Shown here piece by piece: positions 42,327 to 51,238 of a DNA stretch of 64,000 nt (positions are counted from its first letter, which is position 1; every line of letters begins with the position of its first letter). The notes beneath the pieces are model-generated. The model was not told the origin of the DNA and made no database searches. It worked only from the letters and a program-made list of their open reading frames with translations. The stretch lies in the sequence record NC_019407.1; one strand, written 5' to 3'. The position numbers and the translations under genes are program-made.

Positions 42327-43045
42327 ACGACGAGATCAAGAGAACCCACGAGGCCTACGGGATCATCGGCTATAGCCACACCCAGGGCGACACCGATCTG
42401 GTCGGCGTCGACTACGCCCAGGGCCACTATGTGACCCTGACGATCAAGACGGCCATCGCCTATGAGGGTGAGACCCATGACCGCTTCCACGGCGACAAGT
42501 ACATCTGCAAGGTGGCGATGAGCGAGGTCCAGTGGGCCGCCTTCATCGCCAATCCGAACCGGGGTGACGGCGTGCCCTGCACCTTGCAGTTCTATCGCGA
42601 TCCGCTGACCGGCGAGACCAAGCACCCGAAGTATCATCGCGAGCAAATGACCCGCGTCGAGCGCACCCGCGAGGCCGTCACCGCCCGCGCCATGGCCCTG
42701 TCGACCAAGGTCAAGGAGGCCCAGGCCGAGCTTCAGCGGCTGATGGACGGCGGCCCGATCAAGAAGGGTGATCTGAAGACGCTCAAGGACCTGCTCTACT
42801 TCGCCAACCAGGACATGGAGTCGAACCTCGGCTACTTCGTCGAGCGGGTGGAGGAGACCATCGACAAGGCGGTGGTCGACGCCAAGGCCCAGGTCGACGC
42901 CCATCTCGACTTCGTGGTTCGCGAACTAGGGGTGCGGGCTCTGGGCGCGCGGCTCCAGGAGGCCATCGACGCGGGCCATGATCCCGGCTCCGTGGGGCAG
43001 GCCCTGATCGGGCTCGTGGCGCCGCCGGAGGCAGACCCGACGTGA
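42323..43045 (+). CDS. Hypothetical protein, 240 aa (MNDEIKRTHEAYG...)
   Basis: ATGA overlap; C-terminal coiled coil. Confidence 0.78.
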   Translation: MNDEIKRTHEAYGIIGYSHTQGDTDLVGVDYAQGHYVTLTIKTAIAYEGETHDRFHGDKYICKVAMSEVQWAAFIANPNRGDGVPCTLQFYRDPLTGETKHPKYHREQMTRVERTREAVTARAMALSTKVKEAQAELQRLMDGGPIKKGDLKTLKDLLYFANQDMESNLGYFVERVEETIDKAVVDAKAQVDAHLDFVVRELGVRALGARLQEAIDAGHDPGSVGQALIGLVAPPEADPT

Positions 43046-43287
43046 GCCGCCGGTTCCTCAACCGCTGGGCCGAGGCGGTCGACGGCTCGCCCCAGTCCAA
43101 GCCCTTCCGGACCAAGGGCCTGTCGTTCGCCCATGCCCGCAGGACGGCGCGGGAGACCCAAGGGGTCGTCGCCGTCGAACACCAAGAACCCGTCAGCGAC
43201 GCCTCGCCCAACTGGGCGGTGATCGAGCGCTGGGAATTCTATCCCGACGGCCGTGAGCGCCGCACCCTCAAGCTGGAGACCGTCTGA
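43042..43287 (+). CDS. Hypothetical protein, 81 aa
   Basis: GTGA overlap. Confidence 0.6.
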   Translation: MSRRFLNRWAEAVDGSPQSKPFRTKGLSFAHARRTARETQGVVAVEHQEPVSDASPNWAVIERWEFYPDGRERRTLKLETV

Positions 43288-43288
43288 C

Positions 43289-43786
43289 ATGACCCGCAGC
43301 ACCGCCGACATCATCGCCCGCATCAAGGTCCTGGAGGAGGACCCCACCGACTTCTTCGGCTTCCAGGCCAATGATCTGGTCTGCTACCTGCCGTTCGAGG
43401 CCGCCAAGCCTTGGCTGAATGAAAACGCAACGCCCGAGGTCTGGACGCCCAACGTCAACACTCCCGAGGCGATCAAGCAGGTCATCCTCGACTACATGGA
43501 GTTCGCCTGGGACAAGGCCAACAACCGGCGCGGCCTGTCGGCCGGGCGCTCGCTCGACCACATGAAGGCGTGGCTCTGGATGCTGGACGAGGACGCGGCC
43601 TGGGTCGCGGCCCTGAAGCTCTCCGACTACACCCACTACGGCAAGCCGCAGCTTCGCGCGATCTGCAAGCGTTTCGGCTGGGACTGGACCGCCTGGGACG
43701 ACGGCGCCTGGGGCAACAGCGAACACCGCGAAATCGACGTCAGGCCCGAGGACGTCCCCGAGGTCGGGATCGTCGAGCCGGCCTGA
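43289..43786 (+). CDS. Hypothetical protein, 165 aa (MTRSTADI...)
   Basis: Codon bias; FAWDKANNRRGLSAGRSLDH. Confidence 0.75.
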   Translation: MTRSTADIIARIKVLEEDPTDFFGFQANDLVCYLPFEAAKPWLNENATPEVWTPNVNTPEAIKQVILDYMEFAWDKANNRRGLSAGRSLDHMKAWLWMLDEDAAWVAALKLSDYTHYGKPQLRAICKRFGWDWTAWDDGAWGNSEHREIDVRPEDVPEVGIVEPA

Positions 43787-43793
43787 ATCTTTC

Positions 43794-43866
43794 CTGGCGC
43801 GAAAGTGTTGACAAGGTTCTGGGAACTCCTCTATACCCACGCTCGACGACAACGAGAGGAGTTCCC
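43794..43866 (+). promoter_or_regulatory. Conserved promoter; the spacer pairs perfectly (11 bp) with the SD
   Basis: CTGGC-N6-GTGTTGACA-N18-TATACC-N8-ACGACAA; GGGAACTCCTC (43821-43831) / GAGGAGTTCCC (43856-43866). Confidence 0.88.
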
Positions 43867-45627
43867 ATGGCCGAGACCATGTCCCTGAGTTTCCGGATCG
43901 AAGGCGCCGCCCTGGTGGAACGGGCGCGCGATCGCGTCATCGAAGGTAACTGGGAGCACGGCCTGCGCATCCTGGTCGAGGGCCTGCACGGCATGTCCTA
44001 CGAACTCGCGATCGACATCCTGCTCGGCAAGCACACCCTGGGCGGCTGGTCCTCGGACCCCGAGGGCGTCTATCTCACCGACCAGGACCCGGAGGACGAG
44101 ACTTTCAAGCGCTACAAGAAAACCCTCGACTACCAGTTCGCCGGCGTCTTCAAGCTGGACGACGGCCGGATCATGCGCCCCTACGCGGTGGTCGACAGCT
44201 TCTCCAAGATCGACTTCGACTCTAGGGTCCGCTTCCTGCGGCTGGCCCAGGGCTCGGACCCGGTGTTCTCGCGCCCCAAGCGCTATCACGACCCCCGCGC
44301 CGAGATCAACGGCGAGGAGATCGACTGGGCCTATCGCGCCCTGCACTACGCCGACGAGCCGACCCAGGACATCGTCCGTCTGGTCCGCATGGAGGGCTTC
44401 CACCCCACGATCCGGGCGGCGGTCCTGTTCAAGGAAGTCCGCGACTACCCCAAGCTCCTGCTCCCGAAGGTCGAGACCGACGCCCAGAAGGCCGTCGACG
44501 TGGCGATCAAGGCCCAGCGTGGTCTCTCCAAGCGCGGGCACGTCTACGAGTATGGCGCTGGTCAGGACTTCGACAAGGAGCACTACAAGACCACCATGGG
44601 GATCGATCAGGTCCCCACCGCCTGGACCGTGCGCAATCCGAAGTACGTCGATCCCGACGCCAAGTTCGTGAAGGACACCCTGGCCGAGATCGACGGCGAC
44701 AAGCGCCCGGCGCCGGCCGGTGATTACGCCGGCGCCATGAACCGGATGATCAAGGACGAGATGGACGGCGGCATGGACATCAGCGCGGCCGTCGCCATGA
44801 CCCAGGCCAAGATGGCGCTGCTGGGCGGCATGGCCGAGGACCCCGAGCAGCGCCTGCGGGCGATCAACGACGCCTACGCCGCCAAGTACGAGAAGGCCGA
44901 GGGCCGCAGCGTCGAGGAGTACCGCAAGGCCATCATCGCCCAGGCCGGCGATGATTTCTTCGATCTCGCGTACACGGATGTGAACGGCAAGGACGTCGTC
45001 CTGAAGGTCCCGACCGCGCCGTTCGAGCAGTGGGCGCTCTGGCGCACGGCCGGCTCCCACCTCGCCAAGCCCTGGAAGCGGGTGACCTACACCGGCTTCA
45101 AGACGTTCGGCGATGACCCCTATCACACCGACTGGGTGCTGGGCGCCGGGCTCAATCCCGAGGATTGGCCGATCATCGAGGCCGACAACCCGCCGCTCCA
45201 CAAGGCCGCCTGGGACAAGCGCTTCCGGCTGGCCGAGGAGAAGCTGGGCGGCAACATGCGCGTCCTGCTCGGCAAGGGCTTCGTGACCGGCAAGATCGTG
45301 ATGCTCAAGCCGGGCGAGGCCCTGTCACCGGGCGAGATCGGTGTGATCCGCAACGCCGGCCCCGACTACGTTCAGGCCGCCCAGAGCGCGATCGAGCACA
45401 ACACCGCCTTGATCTGCGAGAACGGCGGCAGCGTCGCCCACCTCGTGGTCGAGTACCTGGACAAGCCCCTGCGCCTGACCCGGATCGAGAACGCGCGCAA
45501 GATTTTCAAGGACGGCATGACCGTCTACCTCGACTTTGACAAGTCGACGCGAGAGATCGCCAAGGGCGGCCTGGGGCCGAGCCCTGCCGATCTTGGCCTC
45601 GACACGGAATGGGAGATTTTCGAATGA
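43867..45627 (+). CDS. 586-aa protein with a C-terminal PEP-utilising-enzyme mobile (phospho-His swivel) domain
   Basis: GEIGVIRNAGPDY...ALICENGGSVAHL.......ENARKIFKDGMTVYLD matches the GGxxSH..I...G..V.VD pattern. Confidence 0.72.
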   Translation: MAETMSLSFRIEGAALVERARDRVIEGNWEHGLRILVEGLHGMSYELAIDILLGKHTLGGWSSDPEGVYLTDQDPEDETFKRYKKTLDYQFAGVFKLDDGRIMRPYAVVDSFSKIDFDSRVRFLRLAQGSDPVFSRPKRYHDPRAEINGEEIDWAYRALHYADEPTQDIVRLVRMEGFHPTIRAAVLFKEVRDYPKLLLPKVETDAQKAVDVAIKAQRGLSKRGHVYEYGAGQDFDKEHYKTTMGIDQVPTAWTVRNPKYVDPDAKFVKDTLAEIDGDKRPAPAGDYAGAMNRMIKDEMDGGMDISAAVAMTQAKMALLGGMAEDPEQRLRAINDAYAAKYEKAEGRSVEEYRKAIIAQAGDDFFDLAYTDVNGKDVVLKVPTAPFEQWALWRTAGSHLAKPWKRVTYTGFKTFGDDPYHTDWVLGAGLNPEDWPIIEADNPPLHKAAWDKRFRLAEEKLGGNMRVLLGKGFVTGKIVMLKPGEALSPGEIGVIRNAGPDYVQAAQSAIEHNTALICENGGSVAHLVVEYLDKPLRLTRIENARKIFKDGMTVYLDFDKSTREIAKGGLGPSPADLGLDTEWEIFE

Positions 45628-45920
45628 GCGAGAAGTGGCAACCGGTGGAGGAAGCCGCCAATAACCTCTCCGGCTGGAACGTGCGCTCGGCCCAGATGGC
45701 GGTCGCCGGCGGGACCCTCTATCGGACGATCGTCTCGCGCGACAGCCAGGGCGCCGCGCCGGCGGTGAGCACCACCTTCGTCCCGGACGCCGCGCCGCAG
45801 TTCACCGTCCAGGTGACCGACGAGGACCTCCGGAGCCTTGCCGAGTGCAAGGACGTCGCCAGGGCGCGCAGCCTGTTCCGGGGCATCCTGAAGGCCCACG
45901 GCCTGGAGATCATCGCCTAG
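45624..45920 (+). CDS. Hypothetical protein, 98 aa; apparent paralog of 38226-38405
   Basis: KWQPVEE...MAVAGGTLYR...TTFVPD. Confidence 0.7.
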   Translation: MSEKWQPVEEAANNLSGWNVRSAQMAVAGGTLYRTIVSRDSQGAAPAVSTTFVPDAAPQFTVQVTDEDLRSLAECKDVARARSLFRGILKAHGLEIIA

Positions 45921-46145
45921 ATGCCGGTCTACGAACTCTCCGTCACCGCGATCCACCGCGACACCGTCACGATCGAGGCCGATAGCGAGGAGGCGGCCCG
46001 CGCCCGCATCCTCGAAGAAGGCTATGCCAATGGGGACGACATAAAGTCGGTTCACCACGATGTCGATCCGGAGATCGAGATCGGCGACGCGCGCGATGTG
46101 ACGGACGAGCAGTGGATCATCAGCACCTCGGACGAGGAGGACTAA
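45921..46145 (+). CDS. Small acidic protein, 74 aa
   Basis: TIEADSEEAAR pattern; abuts neighbours. Confidence 0.7.
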   Translation: MPVYELSVTAIHRDTVTIEADSEEAARARILEEGYANGDDIKSVHHDVDPEIEIGDARDVTDEQWIISTSDEED

Positions 46146-46655
46146 ATGGCCGACTTCAGCCGCGCCCGCCGGTCCATGGAGACCGCCGACCTGATCGAAC
46201 GCCTCAAGGCCCTCTACGACCTGGAGGACGCCCGCGATATCCCAGACGAGGAGACCAAGGCCGCCTTGAAGGAGGCGGTGGTCCATCTTGGGAGCCTGCA
46301 TGCGCAGGTCGAGGCCGAGCGCGCCATGGTCAAGACGGTCATGGACCAGTCCCAGGGCTACAAGACTCTGCTCCTGACGGCGTCTGAGGACCCGGACTTC
46401 AAGCGGGCGGCCTCGCAAATTCGCCTGATGGATACCTATCCCCCGCGTCTGCGGGTGGCTGTCAACACCTTCCAGAGGGCGATGGACGAGGCCGGACATC
46501 TCTCGGGGCCGGAGGGCCGCAAGATCAACGACCTGATCCAGGGCCATCTCCAACATGACCTCGCCGGCGTCATGGGGATGTCGATGAGCTACAATATCCG
46601 CGCCGCCGTCGCCGCGCTTCACGGCCTTCCGACCCCGGAGTCCAAGACCGAATGA
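46146..46655 (+). CDS. Hypothetical protein, 169 aa
   Basis: GAGGAGG SD. Confidence 0.72.
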   Translation: MADFSRARRSMETADLIERLKALYDLEDARDIPDEETKAALKEAVVHLGSLHAQVEAERAMVKTVMDQSQGYKTLLLTASEDPDFKRAASQIRLMDTYPPRLRVAVNTFQRAMDEAGHLSGPEGRKINDLIQGHLQHDLAGVMGMSMSYNIRAAVAALHGLPTPESKTE

Positions 46656-46864
46656 GCCGTCGCTACACCGGCCCGCGCTTCTGGATCGAGGAGGACGGAC
46701 GCGTCCACAAAATCCTCGACGGGGTCTCCGAGGTCGTCACCACCCTGACCGGGGACGAATTGAAGCTCCTGCGGGCCTGTGGCTGGCGGATCGGCTCGTC
46801 CACCCGTCGCTACGCCTACAACCCCGCCCACCTTCTCCGCAACGCCCTGGGAGCCGCCAAATGA
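46652..46864 (+). CDS. Hypothetical protein, 70 aa
   Basis: ATGA overlap. Confidence 0.6.
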   Translation: MSRRYTGPRFWIEEDGRVHKILDGVSEVVTTLTGDELKLLRACGWRIGSSTRRYAYNPAHLLRNALGAAK

Positions 46865-47433
46865 TCGATCCGAAAGCCAAACTCGCCGACCAAGTCGCCG
46901 GCCTCGGCCGTGACGGCGCCCGGCTCTGCGCCGAGGTACAGGAGCGATGCACCAACAACATCGCCGACGCCGTGCTGGAATTCGTCGCCGACGCCGAGAC
47001 GATTATCGAGCGCCAGCAAAAGCGCGTCGATGAACTCCAGGCCTCGACGGGGCGGCGGATGCACGTCGAGCGGGCCTATCTGCGGGTGATCCAGGAGTTC
47101 ATCGCCGCCAAGCGCCTGCCGAGCCTGTCGGCGTTCCATGACGCGGTCGGCATGCTCCAGGCCCAGACCGAGCAGATGAACGGCGACATCGAGCGGCTCG
47201 CGGCCTACCTCCGCCAACTGGACCGGCGCGCCATGGACCCCAAGCTGAAGGACCTCGTGGAGCACCTGGACTTCTACATCTTCCACGAGTTGATGCGGAA
47301 GATACACTATATCGAGCATTTCGTCCTGCGAGACGCCCGCCTCGCCCTGGTCAGCCTGACCGAGGCCGACTTCGGGCGGATGGGGCTGGGCGAGCGGCCC
47401 GAGCCCCCGGTCAGCCAGGACATGCCGTCATGA
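46861..47433 (+). CDS. Hypothetical helical protein, 190 aa
   Basis: ATGA overlap. Confidence 0.72.
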   Translation: MIDPKAKLADQVAGLGRDGARLCAEVQERCTNNIADAVLEFVADAETIIERQQKRVDELQASTGRRMHVERAYLRVIQEFIAAKRLPSLSAFHDAVGMLQAQTEQMNGDIERLAAYLRQLDRRAMDPKLKDLVEHLDFYIFHELMRKIHYIEHFVLRDARLALVSLTEADFGRMGLGERPEPPVSQDMPS

Positions 47434-47660
47434 TCGAGCACGTCTGGCGCCGTGATCCGCGCGGTCCCGCCTATGGCTTCCAGCGCCTGGACCTGGACGA
47501 GGCCCTGAAGATCGTCGCGGTCGAGAAGCAGGACTTCCTCCTCCATCTGGTCGCGGTCTTGCACGAGAACAACCTCCTGCGCGACGCCGACGTCATGGAA
47601 CTGCTCGGCAAGGGCTGGGCGCTCGACTCCTACGACCTCCATCACATCGACGACGATTAG
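47430..47660 (+). CDS. Hypothetical protein, 76 aa
   Basis: ATGA overlap. Confidence 0.65.
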   Translation: MIEHVWRRDPRGPAYGFQRLDLDEALKIVAVEKQDFLLHLVAVLHENNLLRDADVMELLGKGWALDSYDLHHIDDD

Positions 47661-47663
47661 GCG

Positions 47664-47714
47664 TTGACAACACTCTCGCGCCAACATAGAACCGCCCTCG
47701 ACGACAACGAGGAG
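47664..47714 (+). promoter_or_regulatory. Promoter with the upstream box inverted in the spacer
   Basis: TTGACA-ACACTCTCGCGCCAACA-TAGAAC-N8-ACGACAACGAGGAGG. Confidence 0.85.
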
Positions 47715-47720
47715 GCTTCG

Positions 47721-48104
47721 ATGAAACTCGCGACCCAAGACCGCACCGATCCGCGCCTGAACGCGCGCTACCGTCTCGCCAAGGCGGTGTTCTATTACGG
47801 CGGCCCGCACGAGTACCCGATCCACCTGAACGACTGGTGGAACGAGGTGACGCCGGCCGACGTCGAGGACCGCATCTCCGAACTCTGCCGCGAACTGTCC
47901 AAGCTGTCGGGCCAGACCCTGGCGCCGGCGACCTTCTACGAGCGGATGAAGCTGGGCTTCGTCGACCTCCCGGAAGTGAAGGACGAGGACTTCGCCGCCC
48001 TGTCGGAGACGACCCGCAACAACCTGCTCGCCATGCAGGACCGCTTCTCGGTCCACGGGAGCGGCTTCATGCTCTACTGGAACATCGTCAAAGAGGAGGC
48101 CTGA
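47721..48104 (+). CDS. Hypothetical protein, 127 aa (MKLATQD...)
   Basis: GAGGAGG SD after the promoter. Confidence 0.8.
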   Translation: MKLATQDRTDPRLNARYRLAKAVFYYGGPHEYPIHLNDWWNEVTPADVEDRISELCRELSKLSGQTLAPATFYERMKLGFVDLPEVKDEDFAALSETTRNNLLAMQDRFSVHGSGFMLYWNIVKEEA

Positions 48105-48107
48105 GCC

Positions 48108-48467
48108 TTGGATCGCAACGACCCCGCCCAGCCCATGTGCAAGATCGCCGTCCTGGCCGGCCCCCTGTGGGAGGTCGACACCGACAACTGCGAGACCTTG
48201 CTGGTCCCGATCAAGGACGTCCCGCACCCCTGCGCCGAGAACTTCCAGGACGAGATCGACATGGCCTTCAACATGAGCGGCGAGGCCATGGACTGGCGCC
48301 GCGTCGAGGGCTACGCCGCCGTCCTGCGCGATCCTCGCGGCGCGGACATGTCGCCCGTCGAGGGGCCGTTCGCGACCGCCGAGGAGGCTTTCGCCTACGT
48401 CAAGGATCAGTGGAGCGACCGCGTCCCCGGCTCGATGGGGCTGGCGCCCTACGAGGCCCCGCAATGA
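48108..48467 (+). CDS. Hypothetical protein, 119 aa
   Basis: TTG start after GAGGAGG. Confidence 0.65.
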   Translation: MDRNDPAQPMCKIAVLAGPLWEVDTDNCETLLVPIKDVPHPCAENFQDEIDMAFNMSGEAMDWRRVEGYAAVLRDPRGADMSPVEGPFATAEEAFAYVKDQWSDRVPGSMGLAPYEAPQ

Positions 48468-48733
48468 TCAAGGTGACGCGCGGCATGACCTGGGCTGACG
48501 CCGGCCGCTGCTCCAAGACCGACTGGACCGCGTGGCTCATCCCCGCCGGCCCGCTGATCGCGGCGCTGCCCTTCGCCGCCCTGACCGGCGCGTGCCTGTC
48601 GATCAAGGACCCGACCCACACCAATCTGGCCATCGCCTTGCTGCCCGGCGCGGCGATGCTCTTCAACGGCTGGATGGCGACGTTCGCCTTCGACCAGTTC
48701 CTGCGTGGACGGGCCGGCGAGGAGGTGCGCTGA
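48464..48733 (+). CDS. Small membrane protein, 89 aa
   Basis: Two hydrophobic segments; ATGA overlap. Confidence 0.65.
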   Translation: MIKVTRGMTWADAGRCSKTDWTAWLIPAGPLIAALPFAALTGACLSIKDPTHTNLAIALLPGAAMLFNGWMATFAFDQFLRGRAGEEVR

Positions 48734-48734
48734 C

Positions 48735-49163
48735 ATGAAGCTCTTCATCATCATCCTGGCGGCGATCCTGTGGCTGGGCGACACCGCCCGCGCCCAGTCC
48801 CTGCCGTTCCGCCTGACCCAGCCGCTGAACTACGGCAGTGATCTCCACTACACCGAGACGCGCGACGCGTCCGCCTCGCGCGAGCCGCTCAAGCGGGTGA
48901 TCGTCGACCTGTCGCGCTCGTCCACGGTGGTCATCGAGCGGGCCTGGACCTATGCCGAACTCGCCGGCGCCCAGACGACCTGCGGCGAGATCGTCCTGAA
49001 CGGCCGTCGTCAGAGATTCGTCCTCCAGGAAGGCCCCAAGACCGCCGTGATCGGCCCGGCGGTGCCCGCCTACTTCTGGTCGCTCGACGTGCCGGACTAC
49101 CAGTTCCGCAACGCCGGGTGCCTGCGCGACCGCGCCGCCCTGATCATCCCGCCGAGGTTCTGA
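48735..49163 (+). CDS. Putative exported protein, 142 aa
   Basis: MKLFIIILAAILWLGDTARA signal-peptide-like N-terminus. Confidence 0.68.
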   Translation: MKLFIIILAAILWLGDTARAQSLPFRLTQPLNYGSDLHYTETRDASASREPLKRVIVDLSRSSTVVIERAWTYAELAGAQTTCGEIVLNGRRQRFVLQEGPKTAVIGPAVPAYFWSLDVPDYQFRNAGCLRDRAALIIPPRF

Positions 49164-49165
49164 TC

Positions 49166-49230
49166 CTGGCGTTCTTGTGTTGACAAGGCCGGCGCCGCTG
49201 GCCTAGAACGTCGTGGACGACAACAGGAGG
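49166..49230 (+). promoter_or_regulatory. Conserved promoter
   Basis: CTGGC-N6-GTGTTGACA-N18-TAGAAC-N7-ACGACAACAGGAGG. Confidence 0.85.
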
Positions 49231-49234
49231 GACC

Positions 49235-49591
49235 ATGCCGCTCTACGACTTTCCGACCGGACCGACCACGATGGAGGACATCGAGGCGTTCGTCGCCGGC
49301 GCCCAGGCGGTGGTGACCGCCCAACTGGCCAAGGCCTTTCCCGGCGTGTCCGCGCCGGTCCTGGAGATCGCGCCGGTTCACCCGAGCAGCCAGTTCGCCA
49401 AGATCGTCGCGGTCGACGCCAGCCAGCGCTCGGCCTGGGCGTTCGTCCGACTGGAGAACGGCCTGATCTACAAGCCCTCGTCGTGGAAGGTGCCGGCCAA
49501 GCATGCGCGTGGCACGATCCACACCGCCGCGCACGGCGCCGAGTACGTCGACTGGACCGGCCCGCGCTACGTGAAGGACCTGCGTCGATGA
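49235..49591 (+). CDS. Conserved phage protein of unknown function
   Basis: KIV.....SAWAFV...G.IYKPSSWK.PAKHARG.I.......WTGPRY. Confidence 0.8.
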   Translation: MPLYDFPTGPTTMEDIEAFVAGAQAVVTAQLAKAFPGVSAPVLEIAPVHPSSQFAKIVAVDASQRSAWAFVRLENGLIYKPSSWKVPAKHARGTIHTAAHGAEYVDWTGPRYVKDLRR

Positions 49592-49854
49592 GGAACTTCT
49601 CCGTTCTCCTGTCGCTGCATGACGAGCGCCGCCTCTACGTGGTCGAGGCGTCGGACCCCGGCAAGGCGGTGGCCTTCGCCAAGCGCGTGGCGGCGGCGCA
49701 CGACACCGTCGGCTCCAACTGGGAGATGGAAGTCGTCTTCCACGGCGCTTCCTACCTCGCCATGAAGGGCGCTTCCGTCAAGGTCATCGATCTGCGCTCC
49801 AGCGCGCAGGAACAGGAACCGGTGCCGCACGCTCAGCGTGGGGGTGGCTGCTGA
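49588..49854 (+). CDS. Hypothetical protein, 88 aa
   Basis: ATGA overlap. Confidence 0.6.
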   Translation: MRNFSVLLSLHDERRLYVVEASDPGKAVAFAKRVAAAHDTVGSNWEMEVVFHGASYLAMKGASVKVIDLRSSAQEQEPVPHAQRGGGC

Positions 49855-50267
49855 TGCGCGTCGAGGACGGAAAGGCCATCGTCGATGACGTCTGGGCGGT
49901 GGTCAAGGGCCACCTGCCCGGCGCCATCCATTTCGTGCGCCTCAACTGGGCCGGTCGCCTGCTGCACGGCGGCGACATGCTCCACTACTGGGGCATCCAA
50001 CAGCCGACCCAGATTCCCGGCGTCGCCTATGTCTGGGACGACGAGACCAATGACGGCCCGCTCGGTGGCTGGATGGGTCCGGAGACCAAGATCATCGCCC
50101 GCTTCGCCGACCAGCGCCAGGGCCTGGACGTCCTGCGCGCGGCGATGGAGACCAAGGCGCGCTTCGACGCCCTGGTCCGCCAGGGCGAGGACCTGCTGCT
50201 CGCCCTCAAGGTCCAGCGTGACCAAGCCCTGTTCGCGGCCCTGACCCAGGGGGTTTCCGAGGCATGA
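49854..50267 (+). CDS. Hypothetical protein, 137 aa
   Basis: TGATG overlap. Confidence 0.68.
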   Translation: MRVEDGKAIVDDVWAVVKGHLPGAIHFVRLNWAGRLLHGGDMLHYWGIQQPTQIPGVAYVWDDETNDGPLGGWMGPETKIIARFADQRQGLDVLRAAMETKARFDALVRQGEDLLLALKVQRDQALFAALTQGVSEA

Positions 50268-50674
50268 GCTTTGCGATCCGCTACTTCCCCGGCCCGCGTC
50301 TGGGCTATGGCAAGGTCGTTTCCCGGCATGGGATGCACGTCCTCTTTCAGGCCTATGTCGGGAATGAGCCCCAGCCTGGGACCCTGCCCGAGGTCGTTCA
50401 CTGGGACGACATCATCGAAGGTCGCTTTGCCTCGGTCGCCAAGGTCATCCTGGCGATCGACGAATCGATGCGCTGGTTCAAGGCCTTGGAAGCCGAACGC
50501 GGCGCCGAGCAGTCCGCCGAGGTCCTCATGACGCATCTACGGCGCTATGAGCGCGACGACTGCGAGGTTTGCCACGGCGCGCGCGGCGGGGTGCGGGGCA
50601 ACGAGAACATCGTCGATGGCAAGGTGGTCTGTGACTACTGCACCATGGACATCCTCGACGCGAGGAAAAGCTGA
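50264..50674 (+). CDS. Protein with a C-terminal Zn finger
   Basis: CEVCHG..GG.RGNEN......CDYC. Confidence 0.7.
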   Translation: MSFAIRYFPGPRLGYGKVVSRHGMHVLFQAYVGNEPQPGTLPEVVHWDDIIEGRFASVAKVILAIDESMRWFKALEAERGAEQSAEVLMTHLRRYERDDCEVCHGARGGVRGNENIVDGKVVCDYCTMDILDARKS

Positions 50675-50895
50675 TGGGGGCCTACGCCTACTGCCAGAAC
50701 CCCGACTGCGGCGCGCCGCAGGATCGCCCGACGGCCCGCGAGGTCATGGAGCGCGAACGCCGCTGCTACGCCTGCGGCAAGGACGTCCCGGTCTATGACG
50801 ACTTGGCCGACGTCCTGGAGCGGATGGAGAGCCGGATCGACGATCTGGAAGCCGAGGTCAAAGCCCTGAAGGGAGAGACCGATGGGCCTGCGTAA
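50674..50895 (+). CDS. Small Zn-finger/coiled-coil protein
   Basis: CQNPDC...CYACG. Confidence 0.7.
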   Translation: MGAYAYCQNPDCGAPQDRPTAREVMERERRCYACGKDVPVYDDLADVLERMESRIDDLEAEVKALKGETDGPA

Positions 50896-51238
50896 AATCC
50901 CGCCGCGCTCCTCCTGGTGGATGGGCTATGCTCTCAGCACGGCGTTCAAGAAGCCCTCGCACGAGGAGCGGATCGCCCGGCTGCGCGCCGTTCAAGGGCA
51001 TAGGCTCTCGGGCGCCCAGATGCGCGACCCACTCATGAAGAAGCTGGTGCGCGAGGGCCTCGTGCGCCTGCATCGCTCGTCGAACGCCGAGCATTACAAG
51101 AGCGCCCGAGGCGGCTTCATGAAGTCCACCGAGGCCTATCTGACGCCGGCCGGCGAAGCCTATCTGGCGGACCCGACGCCGCATCACGTCCCGAAGTCCG
51201 AGCGGACCGAGAAGACCAAGGGGGTGCGGGGCAAATGA
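50882..51238 (+). CDS. Winged-helix-like basic protein
   Basis: MKKLVREGLV...YLTPAGEAYL. Confidence 0.65.
   Translation: MGLRKIPPRSSWWMGYALSTAFKKPSHEERIARLRAVQGHRLSGAQMRDPLMKKLVREGLVRLHRSSNAEHYKSARGGFMKSTEAYLTPAGEAYLADPTPHHVPKSERTEKTKGVRGK

Noticed and set aside
46460-46468. GTGTTGACA on the minus strand inside a plus-strand CDS (also near 43453 and 2096)
   Set aside because: Encodes Val-Asn-Thr (GTC AAC AC); no TGGC box, correctly spaced -10 or ACGACAA
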